Below, piece after piece: positions 1 through 13,544 of a stretch of DNA of 64,000 nucleotides; position 1 is the stretch's first letter, and every line of letters starts with the position of its first letter. Source of the DNA: Tubiluchus corallicola (taxonomy: Eukaryota; Animalia; Priapulida); the NCBI GenBank assembly GCA_030141605.1, contig JAQGDQ010000950.1, positions 13,248-77,247 of the forward strand. The letters are read 5' to 3'. The notes under the pieces were generated by a model. The model did no database searches and was not told the DNA's origin. It saw only the letters and a program-made list of their open reading frames with translations. The position numbers were made by a program, and so were the translations under genes.

Positions 1-2184
1 GCCGCTAATTTCTATTAGTATAAGTATTGAAATTAGCTCAGAGACTAAATTAATGTGATGTCATCATTGGCTATGAACAGTTCTTGGCGATTTCGCCCGT
101 TTTGTTTATTTATTTACATGGTAGATCGTTTCGGCTTCGTGGTCACTTTCCAGCTAACCCTAATCAGTCTTTAGCTAGTCTGACCCCCAAAAATGCGGCA
201 GCTAGAAACTCAACACCAACAGCGTTTACCAGGCTGTTTACAATTTACTAACAGCTTTAGTGAAAATCTAAGCCAAAATTGGAACAACTGCAAACCGAGA
301 CAGAACAGTTAACAAGTCTGTAAGGTCCGTCAGTCCTGACAGTTAACGGATGGGAATGAGGCAACGCCACAAACAGTGAAACACTTACTGGTGTACAGTG
401 CGAACTAAAACTCAGTCAGTAATAAAGCCCTATACTTTCTAGACATTGCACATGTAACAAAAACGTAAAGTGTGTCATGAATTATTGCTATAATAGCTGC
501 TCTAGCGGCCACAGACGAATTTCAAGTAGAAGCTATACCAGCGACTTGTTCAATTAACCATCGGCTGCTAGAAGCAATTTCTAGCAAAAGGTGTGACTTT
601 GAAGCACGTTTTAGGCGTATGTTTGCTTTTCTCCAGGACCACTTCGCAACAAGTGCTTAAACAAAGGGAAGTAAGAATAATTTTTATGAACACCGTCTTT
701 TTCTGAATTTAAGTTTTTTTTAAAATACAATTGTTTATTCCTTTCTTCAAAAGTATAATGTTCTTGTTTGCAGTATCAAATGCACTGAAATTATGAAGCT
801 GATTGCAGGAAAATAATTTGATACACTTTACGATGTCGACTTTTTCTATAAGCCTCTGTGCCAACTTATTGATGTTTTCGTAACTTGCCTGCTTAAAATT
901 CCTATAACATTTAAATGACCATTATCTGCTAATGATGATGACTAACTACATAATACTACTAAAACGTTATCACTTAACTAGCAGCAATGCATGGCAGATC
1001 AAATTTGATTTTACTTGACAGCACAAGTGTATTGGGGTCAATCATTAAGGCACAACCACGAAAACAGATTTTGCACTTTTTTGATGCTCTACCGTATTGA
1101 CTACAGATCATGCATGTCTCTCAAATAATTTCAAAATTTCAGCTCTCCCGTATGTAATAGTTGCAAAAAATAAGATATTTGCGCGAGTATCATTATGTTG
1201 TAATAAAATGAGTTGTGAGAGTAATTTTCGCGCTCAGAAGAACCTTATAAAAAATTTTAATAATTAGTTTTGTAATTAGTAATACAGTTTTGTAACAGAG
1301 TGGATAGCTCTTACAGGTAACTATAATAACTAAAAGAGGTACCTATAATAATATGAACCACGCAATTGTTCAATTTTTAAACAGGAAGGAAAAACGAACA
1401 AAATGCAAACTGCCCAAACAAATCCATTGTAATATTTGAATCTTGGCTTGACTGCAGCCAAAATCGAGTCTAGTGTTCAGGCAAAGTTTTGCATTGACAA
1501 ATTGAGGCTCAGTCTGTTATGCACATACACGGTTCCCTACCTGTTAAATTTGGTCTTGCCCCTTTAACTGTCATCAGTCATGTGACAAGGTACTTGGCCA
1601 GGTAGACATTACCTGGTATGCAATTCAAGTTGATACGATGTAAATTGATTTCTATTGCTTTTTTGTAAGTTATAAGCGCCAAAACTCAGGGAGACCAAAT
1701 GTACGTGTCTAATTATCTGTATTGAACTGCTTTATACAATTAGGGCTATTTCGCTGTTATTTTTGTATAATTACAGACGAAAATTACCTAACCTAATTTA
1801 GTAATTTACCTGTATCAAACTTACGTTTTTTCGCTAAAAACTTATTGCTGTAATTTATTATTACAGATAAAACGACAATTGCTGCATATTGAACATATTT
1901 GATGTTCTGGAGTTTAAATGTAGTACACAGTCCTACGGCTTTAAGGCTCTAAAGCCATTAAACATTTATAACAATTGCAGAATCATTTCATATCTAATTA
2001 ATAATCTTATAGCTTAGAAATGAAAGTGATTAATTACGTGCAGATCAGATCAAAAAATATCTGTTTAAAAGTTTTAACGGCGAGGTAACACCAGTCAACA
2101 AAAACCCAACGTTAATGTGCTTGCGAAAAAATTGGCCTGGCACAAATGAGCTAGTGCACTAATAAAAGATTGATGTTCCAGTGG

Positions 2185-2593
2185 TAGGGGTGAGCATTCT
2201 CTACCAGAAAGCGAATTCGAATCGAACCGAATTTGTGACTTTCGAATTCGAATCGAACCGAACTTCAGTGTTTCGAATTCAAACCGAATTCGAATTGAGA
2301 TTGAACGATTTTCGAACAAGTTTTCGAACCACCAGCAAAAATTAGTCTTACAAAGATCATGCATATCACTCGATTTTGTTCTGCAATAAAACTACCAGTA
2401 ATTTATTTAAAATTGTGTACAGAAATCACAGCTAAATTATGCTAATTGCATGACGTTTCAATCGTTTCAATGAAAAAAGAACATTATGTGATTGAAGTGC
2501 TGAATTATTCTAATCTACAGTTTTAGGTTCGAATCGAGTTCGAACTCAAAAAACTCGTTCGAATCGAATTCGAACATTCGATGCTCACCCCTA
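2185..2593 (+). mobile_element. Non-autonomous hAT-like MITE (TTCGAA-rich family), copy A; mirror 48080..48488
   Basis: TIR TAGGGGTGAGCAT...ATGCTCACCCCTA, 8-bp TSD tccagtgg/tccaatgg, subterminal TCGAA repeats. Confidence 0.88.
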
Positions 2594-3117
2594 TCCAATG
2601 GTCAAATGAATAGAATCCAAAAAAAAATATTTTGTGTTCAAATTCAAACCCCGGGATTTCTCTTTTCATTTTTGTTAAAGTTTGATTTTAAATAAATAAT
2701 TTAATTCAATTATAATAAGTTATTAGCCTGGCTTCTCAGATGACTCGTAAAGTAAAATAAACATGGCTTCATTTAGTAATTATAATGATGACGTATATAC
2801 CCAACATTATAAACAATTATAGATCAGGATAGGTACAGCGGTTCTTGGATTTTAATTTGTGAAAATTTGCGAACAGCTATCACAATGATTAGCTGTGATC
2901 AGAAGCTTCAACAAGCAAATTATTAAATCGACACGTGTTTAAATAATTATTATATTTATAATTGTGACATGGCTTCTTTAATTGCCACAGTGGTGTAATT
3001 ACGAATAGGTACTAATTATTATCATTATACCTGTTAACTTCAATTAAAATTATGCAATAATGTACATGATATGTATGTAAATTGCATGTTATTATTGTAT
3101 GCTATTGATGCGAAATC

Positions 3118-3332
<215 letters not shown>

Positions 3333-4043
3333 GATTGCTCGTGTCTTTCAATGTTTTTCATATTTTTATTTTTTTAATGTAAAGCCACGCTTTGGTGAAC
3401 GAAGCCTATTATGGTTCTGATAAATTGCAAGTCGCTGATCTAAATACAGTCGCAGTGAAGTGCTGCTATAATTACAAGTTTTGGAAAATCAACCATATTT
3501 AACGTTATTAAACTATTAAATGTCAAATAGAACCCCGATATTATCACAATTAGCAAATTCATTATTTACAAGAAATCTATATTGTTTCGAACAAATAAAT
3601 CCCTTACAATATTTGAACAAATTATAGCACCCAGTTCATTTGTTAATTTGTTATTCTTTTTTAATTACTAAAAAATCCTCAAAGATAAAAGAAATTGTAA
3701 AGGAAATGTGGAAAAATAATGGCGTTTCTTTTAACTGTGCAGTTTTTTATTACATTTTTATTTCTTATCATTAATACATGTTTTTGCGTTATTGTTTTAA
3801 TGATAAGTTATTGTAAAAGTTCTAGTTCTGTTTTTCTCTCTACTAGTAGGTACGTTTGCAAGCATAATACTTGCTACGTTGATACCTTTGTCTTCCGACT
3901 TTAGAACTAAGACTTAAGGTCTCTTTAGACTTAAGATCTAAACCTTATTTTGCCCACGCATTTCAAAAATTACTTAAAAATACTTTTTCAATTTCTTTAA
4001 CATGCTGGTATTGTAGGTGTTTGTGATTGCATGCTACAAAGAC

Positions 4044-4439
4044 TAGGGGTGAGCATTCTCTACCAGAAAGCGAATTCGAATCGAACCGAATTTGTGACTT
4101 TCGAATTCGAATCGAACCGAAGTTCAGTGTTTCGAATTCGAATTGAGATTGAACGATTTTCGAACAAGTTTTCGAACCACCAGTAAAAATTAGTCTTACA
4201 AAGATCATGCATATCACTAGATTTTGTTCTGCAATGAAACGACTAGTAATTTGTTTAAAATTGTGCGCAGAAATCAGAGCTAAATTATACTAATTGCATG
4301 ATGTTTCAATCGTTTTAGTGATCAGGAACATATGTGATTGAAGTGCTGAATTATTCGAATCTATAGTTTTGGATTCGAATCGAGTTCGAACTAAAATAAC
4401 TCGTTCGAATCGACTTCGAGCGTTCGATGGTCACCCCTA
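4044..4439 (+). mobile_element. hAT-like MITE, copy B; mirror 46250..46645
   Basis: Same TIRs and body; TSD acaaagac/acaaatac. Confidence 0.88.
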
Positions 4440-4769
4440 ACAAATACTTGTAAATCAATGCACTCTAATATAGTTTTAGTGTAAAATCAAAACTGCGTGG
4501 ATTGTAATGTAATGTGATCATTGAGACAAATGAACGACTTGAATTGAATTGAATTAATGGGTGCTACAGAGTAATTATCACTTTCAACTTTTAACTAAAG
4601 TCTTCTTTTTCGTGATAATGCGTTAACTTCATCAAATTGAAGGCTCTCTGACACAAGCTTGTGTTCTCAGCTTGTGAATGTCGTGCTAGCGTGATATAAA
4701 AATATTCACACGAAACCTATAAATAGGACGAGTATCAAGAGATCCTTTTCCCTGCTTTTAAACAATTTG

Positions 4770-5420
4770 AAATGTACCAGAAAGAGTAGCCAAGTAATTT
4801 TATTCATTAGTAGTACGGTAGGAGTATACCATATAACTCTGGAATTTTAAATTTGGATGACTTAGTTTCTTACCACCTTGCTATCTACCTGTACAACACA
4901 CACCACAGTTTATTACCCCCGCGTTTGATAAATCCCCTCGTACGTAATCACCAACATCACTTCACTAGATTTAATGAATATTATATTCCGTTATGCAGAA
5001 CCAATGTTGCCGGACACTTTTTAAAATTTACCGCTCCAAATTTATGGAATAAAATATCAATTTATGTCACAACATATGGAAAATTATTTGGCTTTAAAAG
5101 ATATATGAAATCTCTTCTGCTGAAATCTTACTTATAATGCATTTTTGGGTTTTGCCGATAGTCACAGTTAATCCCGCGACTGGTTATTTTCCAGTTTACA
5201 TTTTCATACTTTTGCATCGTGTCTCTGCTGAACTTCTTTCTAATTCATTTCTTTTCTCTTTTTCTCTATCTCTGTCTGTTATTTTATCTTGCTATATCAT
5301 GCTATAGTATACTAATGTAGTTATTGTAACTATATTTCATTTTCTAGTTATAGGGCATAGTAGTTAAAGGTAATAATGCAAATTGTAATGGAAAAATACA
5401 TGCTGAAGTGATAATAAATT
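4770..5420 (+). mobile_element. 5'-truncated LINE remnant (L2/Crack-like ORF2 C-terminus plus 3' UTR); mirror ~45270..45920
   Basis: ORF 4853..5137 has the LP...H.H.TR....P..RT......F.AP.LWN......FK..MK..LL pattern typical of CR1-group ORF2 ends. Confidence 0.75.
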
Positions 5421-6054
5421 ACAATATAATTATTATATAGGCCTTAAAGGGCAAGATAGGAACTGAGGAAAGACTTACTCTGCCATTGCTGCTACTAAAA
5501 GGTTTCTTTAACCTTTTAAATAATCCAGCACGTTTATCACACACACTGCATTAGTTGAACCGAATGAAACCACTTGTCAACCAACAAATTTGAAGAACAA
5601 AAAGAAATATAATCCACGAGTCACTGTCACTGTCACTGTCCCTTGTTGGCAGGCTGCACGGAATAGGTGATGCCCGCCAAATCAGTTAGATATCACGGGA
5701 AAGAGTGCACCGATCGAGGTGGTGTGTAGTCCATCCACGACTACACGTCTCCACCTTGTGAACTAGTACCAATAATGAACCGGCAGCTGAGAAACTTTAT
5801 AGGCAGCTTGGCTTCCCATACTATAATTAGCAGAACATTCCACCGCTATTTCTACTTCTCTAGGATGCTGGTGGGCTTCAGTGAGTCTCGGCTGAACATC
5901 GGTTATTGTTGGGTTATCATGTGCACTGTACAATACGAGGGTGCAAGTTAATTCCTAGATCAAATATTGCTTTGTATACAATCTTCTGTAATACACAAAC
6001 CCACATTTTGACATATGCTTGACCGCGAGCTCAAGCAACACCTCGCCTGTTTAG

Positions 6055-6434
6055 TAGGGGTGAGCATTCTCTACTATAAAGCGAATTCGAATCGAATCGA
6101 ATTTGTGACTTTCGAATTCGAATCGAACCGAAGTTCAGTGTTTCGAATTCGAATTGAGATTGAACGATTTTCGAACCAGTTTTCGAACCGCTAGTAAAAA
6201 GTGGTCTTACAAAGATCATGCATATTGCTCGATTCTGTTCCGCAGTAAAACCGCCATTAGTTTGTTAAAAGGTTTGTGCAGAAACTGTAGCTAAATTGTG
6301 CTAATTGTAAGATTTTAATGATAAAGAACGTGTGTGGCTGGAGTGCTGAATTATTCAAATCTATAATTTCAGATTCGAATCGAATTCGAACTTAAAAAAC
6401 TCGTTCGAACTCGAACGTTCGATGCTCACCCTTA
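6055..6434 (+). mobile_element. hAT-like MITE, copy C; mirror 44255..44634
   Basis: Same TIRs and body; TSD ctgtttag/ctgattag. Confidence 0.88.
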
Positions 6435-6529
6435 CTGATTAGTAAATGGAATAGTGACCGTCAAGAATTGCTTCTGGACGGTTTCATCAGCCAAAAGAGA
6501 CAACGACAAAAGGCACAAGACAAGAATTA

Positions 6530-6715
6530 TTTACCGTCGCTCATTAGCACAGACAACAGACAACATTAGCACTAACGGCTGACCTACACTTACAACAAAA
6601 CAGGTAAGGCGGCAACACACAAGTAAGGTACATGCCCGGGCATTTGCAGCTGCTAGTATCGAACTCAAGACTGCGTGATTGCAGTCGGAAATCTAAACTG
6701 CTCAGCCACTCAAAT
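6530..6715 (-). mobile_element. tRNA-derived SINE head; mirror ~43974..44160 (+)
   Basis: In the mirror copy: A-box-like TGGCTGAGCAG, anticodon-like ctGCAat and B-box-like GAGTTCGATAC at tRNA spacing, with no proper acceptor stem. Confidence 0.6.
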
Positions 6716-7117
6716 GCCTGAAATGTGAGAACTATTCCACTTTACCCCCATTTTCCCAAACCGGATTCCGATTTGCAAAACGGCGCGCAAAGAACAAAGG
6801 AATGACGATAACAACAGCAGCAACGACGAGCAAAATAAAAAATGGGAAGTCGAAGCGTGTTAAAATATGTAGTTGCCTTGGAATAATTTTTTTTGCTAAA
6901 TGTTTACTGTTTTGTTCCACTTGACTATCGTTCCGGGAATTTGGGAACAGTCCTGCCATCCTGGATATCGTAAAGCTTGTACCAAGCGTTTGTTTTATTG
7001 AGGAAACATGTTACTTTGCTCAAGTATTTCTCTGAAAATATTTATAACTAGGAAATGGTGCAGAGTTCTGGACGTGCTGTTGCTTATTGCTGCAAGAGAA
7101 ACGCATGTGGTATTCCG

Positions 7118-7720
7118 TAGGGATGAGCATTCTCTACCAGAAAGCGAATTCGAATCGAATCGAATTTGTGACTTTTGATTTCGAATCGAATCGAATCGAA
7201 CTTCAGTGTTTCGAATTCGAATCAAATCGAATTTGTGACTTTCGAATTATCTACCCTTCTACCCTTCCTGTGTGATCTAACCTTTCTCCCAGTTCTTTTT
7301 TTTTGTTCACTCATCCATTCTTCTTTTATCGGGTTCACATGACAGTGGGCTTATACAAGCCTTTGCTTCTCTAGCCCACTGCGGTACAATTATTCTTTTA
7401 TGATAACAATAGTGTATGAAACAATAATTTATTACAGTAAATGTAATAATTTTGATGTCACTGTGTGCTTTATATTGTATTGAATGTGGTGATAATAATA
7501 AACTAAACTAAAACTAAAACTAAAATTCGTATCGAATCGAATCGAACTTGAGTGTTTCGAATTCGATTTCGAATTGAGATTGAAAGATTTTTGATTACGT
7601 CTTCGAACCACCAGTAAAAATTAGTCCTACAAAGATCTTGCATATTACTCGATTTTGTTCTGCAGTAAAACCACTAATAATTTCTTCGAAAATTTTGCAA
7701 AATTGTGCTAATTGCTTGAC
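7118..7720 (+). mobile_element. hAT-like MITE, copy D, interrupted by a ~280-bp insertion and truncated; mirror ~42970..43571
   Basis: Left TIR tagggatgagcat. The body breaks at ~7248 and resumes at ~7525. The insert ends in aataaa plus (ACTAA)-like repeats, resembling a retroposon 3' tail. The right TIR is replaced by an AT-rich minisatellite. Confidence 0.75.
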
Positions 7721-7734
7721 GTATCTAAACAATT

Positions 7735-7980
7735 TAACATACTTAGTACTGTAGTATTTAACATACTTAGTACTGTAGTATCTAAAAATAGTAGCTCAAT
7801 GTCTAAAAAGGTATCTTCACAGTAGATGACATATTTAGTACTGTAGTATTTAACATACCTAGTACTGTAGTATTCAACATATTTAGTGTGGTAGTATCTA
7901 AAAATAGTAGCTAACGTACTTATTACTGTAGTATCTAAAAATAGTAGCTCAGTGTGTAAAATATCTACTCCAGTTTCTAA
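7735..7980. repeat. AT-rich degenerate minisatellite (tagtactgtagtatttaacata-like units); mirror ~42710..42955
   Basis: Repeated ~24-bp motifs are visible directly. Confidence 0.75.
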
Positions 7981-8556
7981 CGTGTAATTCTTAGACGGTG
8001 ATCATTTAGTAAGTGATTAACGTTCACGGCAAGACGAAAATAAACCCTCCATCTGTAAATGTAAAAATATCCCAACCGTTCGGGTATTTACGGCTAATTC
8101 ACCTCGGGTATTTACGGCAAGTTAAACGAAGCAACCATCCAGGTTCAATATTATTACAAGACTTTGCAAGTTTAGTTTAGGACACTTAGTTTTGAGCCAT
8201 TTTCTGAATGGCCATTTATTTGACGGCTTTTACTGTAAGTACAGCCTCAATGGTGTGGTCAGTTTGAGTCCTCTCGACGTTTGACCTGCTGCGTACAGCC
8301 TCAATGGTGTGGTCAGTTTGAGTCCTCTCCTGCTGCTTGACCTGCTGCGTTTTTAGCCAGATCAAATCTCAAGCACCGCCATGTTTAATTGGCTTCATTA
8401 AATAGAAAATACAAAAACCGTGCCGTGTTTTTGTTTTTTCTCTTTGTCTGCCTCGTTATTTTGTATTCTTAGTCTAAATCAGATCAACAAAGAGCCAAAA
8501 ATTGTGCATGTTTGTGCCTACAGACCTCGCTGTTGCTTGACAACGGATTTAATTAA

Positions 8557-8865
8557 AGGAAAGGTCAACCTTTCTGGAAAGTTAGAGTTGTTTCAATGTT
8601 CGCGAAAAGTGTTAGAAGGATTTAGTTTATAAAACTGCAATACGCACTTCGTTTAATTAGTAAAATCACTTTAAAGTCGCGATCACTTCGTGCTCTCATT
8701 CTTCCACCAATGACGTCATTCGTCCGGAAGAAAAGTAGCGCACTGTCAATCTTCGTCAAAAGTATAACAAGTTTTTACAAAAAAATTAGATAGCTAATTT
8801 TATATTATTTTTGCTTGAACATTAGGTAAGCTGCGGAAATTTGAATTAGTTTAAGCAGCGCCTAT
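8557..8865 (+). mobile_element. Truncated copy of a dispersed element with a TTAA|AGGAAA terminus (Kolobok/T2-like end); mirror ~41825..42132
   Basis: Homologous to 10768..11065 and, reversed, to 25230..25525. Both arm copies start ttaaaggaaa(g/c)gtcaacc with different upstream flanks. Confidence 0.6.
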
Positions 8866-8914
8866 TCCAACTACTTGCTGCATATTCCACATTAATAAAA
8901 ATTTTTATAGTAAG

Positions 8915-9771
8915 AGGATCAGTCTAGATATAAAACGAAGAATCTTTGCTGTACTTGTGGTCACTGTATTTCTCTACAACTCAGAATTATGGACAATCGA
9001 AGCACAACACGAATCAGAAATTGATGCATTTAAAAGAAGAAACTGCAGGAACATTCTAGAAATAAAATAACCAAAGAAAATATCAATACAAAGATGTGTA
9101 AAATAAAGTCAAAGCAGAGGAATGGACACCCTGACAATTAAAATCAAAACGAGATGATTAAGATGGAGAGGACATGTCATACGACTACCAGATGACAGTT
9201 CATTAAAATTAACTTTCAAAGAAGCAGTGCAGAAAGAAAAGAAACCACAAGGAGGACAGTTGCTGACTTACATCAATTTCATCCTAAAAGATTGATAGGA
9301 CATGTTATACGACTACCAGATGACAGTTCATTGAAGTTAGCTTTCAAAGAAGCAGTGAAGAAAGAACAGAAACCACAAGGAGGACAACTGCTACATCAAT
9401 TTCATTTAAAAAGATCTTATCAACACACCATTAGATATGAAAAATACAGAGACATGGGAGGTTGTGGGTGACAGGGCAGCATGGAGTAAAGTGATCAGGA
9501 GGGTCATGTCAGACGACGTGTGACTCCAGAGACATGGGAGGTTGTGGGTGACAGGGCAGCATGGAGTAAAGTGATCAGGAGGGTCATGTCAGACGACGTG
9601 TGACTCCAGAGACATGGGAGGTTGTGGGTGACAGGGCAGCATGGAGTAAAGTGATCAGGAGGGTCATGTCAGACGACGTGTGACTCCAGAGACATGGGAG
9701 GTTGTGGGTGACTGGGCAGCATGGAGTAAAGTGATCAGGAGGCTCATGTCAAACGACGTCTGACTCCAGAC
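8915..9771 (+). mobile_element. Decayed RTE-like LINE ORF2 C-terminus with internal tandem duplications (about four 79-bp units at 9449..9771); mirror ~40925..41775
   Basis: Translates to KRRIFAVLVVTVFLYNSELWT...IDAFKRRNCRNILEIK*...LRWRGHVIRLP with stops and frameshifts, followed by a (GAT)n tail. Confidence 0.78.
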
Positions 9772-9778
9772 ATGATGA

Positions 9779-9809
<31 letters not shown>

Positions 9810-9909
9810 GATGATAAAGAGGACAGTTGCTGGCTTACATCAGTTTCATCCAAAAAGAGATGATGATGATGATGGTGATGATGATGATGATGTGATGGTG
9901 ATGATGATA

Positions 9910-9941
<32 letters not shown>

Positions 9942-10154
9942 AAAGTGGAGGACAGTTGCTGGCTTACATCAGTTTCATCCAAAAAGAGATGATGATGATG
10001 ATAGTGATGATGATGATGATGTGATGGTGATGAAGATAATGATGATGATGATGATGTGATGATGATGATGATGATGATGATGATGTGATGATGATGTAAT
10101 GATGATGATGGTGATGATAATGATGATGATGTAATGATGATGCTGATGACGATG

Positions 10155-10186
<32 letters not shown>

Positions 10187-10207
10187 GATGTGATGGTGAT
10201 GAAGATA

Positions 10208-10276
<69 letters not shown>

Positions 10277-10285
10277 TGATGATGG

Positions 10286-10362
<77 letters not shown>

Positions 10363-10375
10363 TGATGATGATGTA

Positions 10376-10417
<42 letters not shown>

Positions 10418-10426
10418 TACTGATGG

Positions 10427-10482
<56 letters not shown>
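9772..10482. repeat. Complex (ATG)n microsatellite, probably an expanded RTE tail; mirror 40214..40924
   Basis: Seen directly; interspersed twice with a ~42-bp piece of the LINE (aggacagttgctggcttacatc...). Confidence 0.95.
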
Positions 10483-10484
<2 letters not shown>

Positions 10485-10767
10485 AAAGATAATTCATGAT
10501 CTTCATAGCTGTTTTCTTTCCTCCGTCAATGTTTACGTTATTGCTACAAAGCTGTGTTCCACATGCGTGTTTTAACGACGCCATGATTTGGCTTTAAATT
10601 AATAGTTCCTTTTAGAAAAAAAGCGTCATCAATTTTCAAGCAGAAAGCTGAGCCTGTGTAGGAAAATAATTGAGATTTATGACGCGATAAAATTTTGTTG
10701 ATTCACGTGATAACCGAACGAATAGTTCATAAAAATATTTATTCGTAATGCGATCAGGAATCCTTAA

Positions 10768-11436
10768 AGGAAACGTCAACCGTTCTGGAAAGTTAGAGTT
10801 GTTTCAATGTTTGCGAAAAATGTTAGAATGAGTTATTAGTAAAATCACTGTAAAGTCGCGATCACTTCGTGCTTGGGCATTCCAATTTTCAATGCCCATT
10901 GTTCCACCAATGACGTCATTCGTTGGGAAGAAAAGTAGCGCACTGTCAATCTTCGTCAAAAGTATAATAAGCTTTTTACAAAAACATTAGATAGCTAATT
11001 TTGTAACATTTTTGGGCGAACATTAGGTAAACTGTGGTAATTTGAAATAGTTTACTCATCGCGTGTTTATGGAAAGCCACGACGCACGGCAAGTCACGAA
11101 GTCCACCAGTTACGTCATAATTTTCAAGTGAATGGCGGTAACCACCACGTCCGAAAATTTCTATGCAAAGGTAGCATATTTTAAATTTATGCTTTGTAGA
11201 CGGTTAATTGCAAATTTCGTTGTTATATTTTTCTAAGTTTGAGTGATAACAGTAAAATAAGACCAACGTACAAAACCCACGCAATAGATACGATAACAGA
11301 AACGATTCTCGATGTACATAAGCCTATGAGCCCATGCAAAGTACAAGTTGTAAATTGTAATGTACAATGTTGCTACTTAATTCAAATATCCAATACATGT
11401 GGAATTAATAACATTTCAATACTGTGACGTCACAAT
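10768..11436 (+). mobile_element. Longer copy of the TTAA|AGG-terminated dispersed element, with only a partial 72-bp unit; mirror ~39260..39928
   Basis: Matches spacer segments 24138..24297 and 25072..25525 in reverse, and 13400..13540 in reverse. Confidence 0.65.
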
Positions 11437-11807
11437 AGAGTGTTCTAAGTTTTTACGAAAACTATAAATTAATGATAACTAATAAATGATACACAGGCAG
11501 TTATACAGAAAAAACTCAATTTTATTACAAAACAAGTCCCAAGTTCTCTATTGAGCAATACCAGAAACCATTGCCGATTTTAGGTTTAATATTCATTTTT
11601 ACAAGTCACCACGACCGAGCTTTAGAAACCCACACATGAAGAAGCCCCAGCAAAGTCAACTCTAGGAAGCCTTCAGGAAAATTTGCAATGATTATTGCCT
11701 GTAGTTATATGGCTACCGGCTGACTTTAGCTGCAGAATGATACTTGCTGCTACTGTAGGTGTATTTTTAGGTGTGAGGAAGAAGAAGAGTATGTAGACTG
11801 TCTTGTA

Positions 11808-13426
11808 GAACAAGTCACTCACCATGTGGGCTTTATTTTACTGTCAACACTTAAACTGTTTGTGGTGTGCTAAAGGCAAGAAGTCACTCAGTATGTTGGG
11901 TTTATTTTACTGTTATCACTTAAACTGTTGGTGGTGTGCTAAAGGAAAGAACAAGTCACTTAGCATGTTGGGTTTATTTTACTGTTATCACTTAAACTGT
12001 TGGTGGTGTGCTAAAGGAAAGAACAAGCCACTCAGTATGTTGGGTTTATTTTACTGTTACCACTTAAACTGTTTGTGGTGTGCTAAAGGAAAGAACAAGT
12101 CACTTAGCATGTTGGGTTTATTTTACTGTTATCACTTAAACTGTTGGTGGTGTGTTAAAGGAAAGAACAAGTCACTCAGTATGTTGGGTTTATTTTACTG
12201 TCAACACTTAAACTGTTTGTGGTGTGCTAAAGGAAAGAACAAGTCATTCAGCATGTTGGGCTTATTTTACTGTTACCACTTAAACTGTTTGTGGTGCGCT
12301 AAAGGAAAGAACAAGTCACTCAGTATGTTGGGTTTATTTTACTGTCAACACTTAAACTGTTTGTGGTGTGCTAAAGGAAAGAAGTCACTCAGTATGTTGG
12401 GCTTATTTTACTGTTACCACTTAAACTGTTTGTGGTGTGCTAAAGGAAAGAAGTCACTCAGTATGTTGGGCTTATTTTACTGTTACCACTTAAACTGTTT
12501 GTGGTGTGCTAAAGGAAAGAACAAGCCACTCAGCATGTTGGGTTTATTTTACTGTTATCACTTAAACTGTTGGTGGTGTGTTAAAGGAAAGAACAAGTCA
12601 CTCAGTATGTTGGGTTTATTTTACTGTCAACACTTAAACTGTTTGTGGTGTGCTAAAGGAAAGAACAAGTCATTCAGCATGTTGGGTCTATTTTACTGTT
12701 AACACTTAAACTGTTTGTGGTGTGCTAAAGGAAAGAACAAGTCACTCAGTATGTTGGGTTTATTTTACTGTCAACACTTAAACTGTTTGTGGTGTGCTAA
12801 AGGAAAGAACAAGTCATTCAGCATGTTGGGCTTATTTTACTGTTACCACTTAAACTGTTTGTGGTGCGCTAAAGGAAAGAACAAGTCACTCAGTATGTTG
12901 GGTTTATTTTACTGTCAACACTTAAACTGTTTGTGGTGTGCTAAAGGAAAGAAGTCACTCAGTATGTTGGGCTTATTTTACTGTTACCACTTAAACTGTT
13001 TGTGGTGTGCTAAAGGAAAGAACAAGCCACTCAGCATGTTGGGTTTATTTTACTGTTATCACTTAAACTGTTTGTGGTGTGCTAAAGGAAAGAACAAGTC
13101 ACTCAGTATGTTGGGTTTATTTTACTGTCAACACTTAAACTGTTTGTGGTGTGCTAAAGGAAAGAACAAGTCACTCAGTATGTTGGGTTTATTTTACTGT
13201 TACCACTTAAACTTTTTGTGGTGTGATAAAGGAAAGAACAACTTACTCAGTATGTTGGGTCTATTTTACTGTTAACACTTAAACTGTTTGTGGTGTGCTA
13301 AAGGAAAGAACAAGTCACTCAGTATGTTGGGTTTATTTTACTGTTATCACTTAAACAGTTTGTGGTGTGATAAAGGCAAGAACAAGTCACTCAGCATGTT
13401 GGCTTTATTTTACTGTTATCACTTAG
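11808..13426 (+). repeat. 72-bp (69-bp variant) minisatellite, ~22 units; mirror 37270..38888
   Basis: Unit aagaacaagtcactcagtatgttgggtttattttactgttatcacttaaactgtttgtggtgtgctaaagga. Confidence 0.97.
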
Positions 13427-13544
13427 ACTTAGAAAAATATAACAATGAAATATGCAAAGAATTACCTGAAAAGCATAAATATAAAACACCTTTGAACAGA
13501 AACCGTTCACTTGAAAATCATGACGTAGCTGGTGGAATTCCTGA

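Noticed and set aside
9749-10584. His/Met/Asp-rich ORFs and other low-complexity ORFs (poly-ER, SL, THSL, IY, N, L, FIYL)
   Set aside because: These are translations of microsatellites.
11808-13426. CRISPR-like appearance of the 72-bp array (also the 58-bp and 122-bp arrays)
   Set aside because: Units are head-to-tail with no unique spacers, there are no cas genes, and the context is eukaryotic.
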